A stretch of DNA of 64,000 nt. Source: Azolla caroliniana. Taxonomy: Eukaryota; Plantae; Polypodiophyta. The DNA lies in NCBI GenBank assembly GCA_043228905.1, contig JBHGNT010000005.1, positions 20,646,001-20,710,000 on the forward strand, written 5' to 3'. Numbering within the stretch: position 1 is the stretch's first letter; every line of letters starts with the position of its first letter. The notes under the pieces are model-generated. The model was not told where the DNA came from, did not search any database, and saw nothing but the letters and a program-made list of their open reading frames with translations. Positions 61,501-64,000 of the stretch are shown piece by piece. The position numbers were made by a program, and so were the translations under genes.

Positions 61501-63864
61501 GACGTTAAAAACTCTTTCAAACAAAGATTCAGAGTTACAATCTGCCAATCTGATGTGCAAAGATGCAATAACTAAGTTGTCCTCTGCTTTTGAGATGTTA
61601 GGAAAATCTGACATGGATCCAAATGTAACAGCTGTTATAACTGAGGCCCATGAAATTATGTTGAGATTGGATGGAATCCTCGATGAGATGCGAATTGCAG
61701 TTGCATCAATTGGGGATACGTCAGATGAAGATTGTGGTAATTCTTCTCCCGGCGCCACAATAGTCAATGGATCTCTTGAAGAAATCTCTCCTCCAGCAAT
61801 GAATGCCAGCAGGCTTATTCCTGATTCATCAATAAGAAATGCCGAGTATGTAGCAACATCTGAGGTATCTTCCGGGGAAATAGCTCATGTAAATGAAACT
61901 GAGGATCAGCATCCCAATGAAATAGTTTATGTAAATAATGAAAGGAAGCCATCATATGAGCAAAAAAATGAAAATGTGGATCTTGATATAAAGGAAAACG
62001 TCGAGGTTGATCCAGACGAGAATGAGATGGGGGCTAATGAAGAGATTGAAATCCAACAAGAGTTAGTAACAAGGCATGATAACAAAGTGAGTGAAATCCT
62101 ACAACATCTTTGCAATACCCAAGAAGAGCTAAAGGTAGCCAATATGGAATCTGCAGATGCAAAAGTCATAATTCGTGATCTGGAGAAAAGAATGTTAGGT
62201 ATTCTCCGAGAGCAGGAGAGGGTACTTGCTGGGGAAGAAGATAAGATGAGAGAGATGCAAGGCAAGGCAGAGTCACAAATGAAAATACTTGAGAGCAAAG
62301 TGGCCTCTTTAACAGCAGAACTTGAAAACCGAGAAAAAGAACATGAGGAGATGATTGCCAAATGCACCACACTGGAGGCAAAAATCGAGGAGTACTAGAA
62401 CAAACTCTTTCTCCTTTCTCATATTTGGCAAATTAAACTGTGTATTTTAAAGTAATGAATTGTATCTTGTTTTTGCAGATATGTGAACGAGGCTGACCGT
62501 AAAAGTTCTTGGATATTAGAGGTTCAAGAAGCACATGCAAACAAGGTAGTAATAAGGGATACTAAATACCATGTTGTGAGAATTGTTGGATGGCTGTCTA
62601 TTTATGTCATATGTGTATGTGTACATGTGCATTCGTCATTAGACCATGTACGTGCAGTAATAAAAGAGAATTAATGATCATAATCTATTGTAATTACCTC
62701 ACATTTGTGGAAATTCTGCAGGAGAAAGAGATAGCTGCAGCTAAGGAAAACCTTGAAGACTGCCAGAGGACTATTCTTATCTTAGGGAAGCAACTGTCAG
62801 CACTTACTGATGCATCGGAATCTTTCACTTCGAGCATGTCCATGAACTGTAATCATGAAAGTTTCAATCGAAACACGTTGATAACCAAGAACTCTTATTG
62901 TGGGGAGTGTGACCAAAACACACCGAGATCCAAGAATTCTACTCACAAGCGTTCCGAATCATTCACTTCTAGCGTGTCCATGAACTGTAATCATGAAGGT
63001 GTCAATCCAAATGCATTAATAACCAAGAACTCTCATCATGGAGATAACGACCAAAACACACCAAGATCCAAGAATTCTACTCATGGAAGCCTTAACCAAA
63101 GCACAACAGTAGCCAAGAGCTGTAGGTTCAATATAAACACATCGTCAATGAATTGTAAATATGGAGGGGTCAGCCATAATAACACATCTTCGATGCATTA
63201 TAATCATGAAGGTTTCAATTGTAACACAGCCTCCATGAACTGCAATCATGGTGGATACACTCAAAACACACCATCCACGAAATGTAATAATGTTGGGTAC
63301 AATCAAAACATGACATCCATGAATTGTAACCATGAGGGATTGGATCAAAAAACAGGGGTAAGTTATGGAAGGTCAAGCCGGACACATCACCATAGTCGGA
63401 ATTATGCTCACAGTGGCTCAGTAGACTTATCGTCATCACAAAGAATAGACTCAATGAGGATGGGTCATGGAAATCATCGCCGATTGTACTCAGAAGCAGA
63501 GGTTAAATATGCAATGGAAGGTTCAGGGATTAGGAAGGTTAGTAAGAAGTATTCGGTTGCCGAGCATCTGCGGATGGATGATGACTGCTCCGAGAACAGC
63601 TATAACAGCTATAGCACTGGGAGCTCGCCATCCATTTCTCCGAGTCAGGAAGTTGGCGGAGTTCGGAGGAATCCAAATGTGAACCTGTCCGTTCGCACCT
63701 CATTAAGAAGGTCGATGGCAACTGCAGCAGCACCATCACCATCACCACCATCATCATCATCTTCAGCAACAGCAATGACGGTAACAACACCAAGAGGAAC
63801 GACAAGTAACAACAGTCACACTACTTCAGGATTCAGTAGATTCTTCAATAGGAACAAGAAATGA
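58510..63864 (+). CDS. FPP: Filament-like plant protein (FPP / DUF869 family), 5 exons: 58510-58698, 59567-59750, 60351-62391, 62479-62545, 62722-63864; ~1207 aa
   Basis: Family motifs SWPWRKK, QHAKVAEEAVAGWE (spanning intron 2), LKECVKQMR, KKIGKLEADCDRLRTLVRKRLPGPA, SCSGSWASALISELDHFK, EIAAAKENLEDCQRTILILGKQL and GFSRFF. All introns are GT-AG, phases are compatible, and the CDS is 3624 bp. Confidence 0.93.
59800..60305 (+). repeat. Degenerate telomere-like (CCCTAAA)n tract in FPP intron 2
   Basis: AAACCCTAAACCCTAA at about 59804 and 60031, with many 7-bp variants (ATCTAAA, CACTAAA) between. Confidence 0.75.
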
Positions 63865-64000
63865 AAGAGGAATCGAGAGAAAGAATCGGATCATGTGGTC
63901 AAGCGAAATCTATAACTTGTGGGTCATGGCTTTAGATGAATTCCAAACAATCTCCATGTGGCGCTACAACATTGCAATCTCACCATGACCTCCAAGAGCA

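Noticed and set aside
62590-62721. N-terminal part of ORF 62590-63864 as a separate gene start
   Set aside because: It lies in FPP intron 4. The true exon begins after TGCAG at 62722.

Overview
Plant nuclear DNA, probably a non-seed plant such as a fern (inferred from Tcn1-like chromovirus fragments). Bases 1-50.6 kb are a nested retrotransposon island. It holds two related non-chromoviral Ty3/Gypsy elements (259-11555 and 12264-25844), six Ty1/Copia elements or derivatives nested up to three deep with recognisable LTRs, PBS, PPT and target-site duplications (TSDs), Tcn1-like fragments, an RTE-X/L2-like LINE and a 5'-truncated L1-like LINE. About 8 kb of AT-rich intergenic DNA follows, then one intact 5-exon host gene for a filament-like plant protein (FPP/DUF869, 58510-63864, ~1207 aa). 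The most notable observations are: (1) both Gypsy elements carry a homologous ~900-1000 aa sense-strand extra ORF after pol, with no obvious transmembrane segment; (2) both have a conserved GGCAC...GTGCC hairpin motif instead of a polypurine tract before the 3' LTR; (3) Gypsy-1 contains a template-switch mosaic with a third LTR copy; (4) inverted repeats bracket the PPT in all six Copia elements; (5) the FPP has an unusual Asn/Cys/His repeat tail. All alignments were done by eye and no database searches were run.
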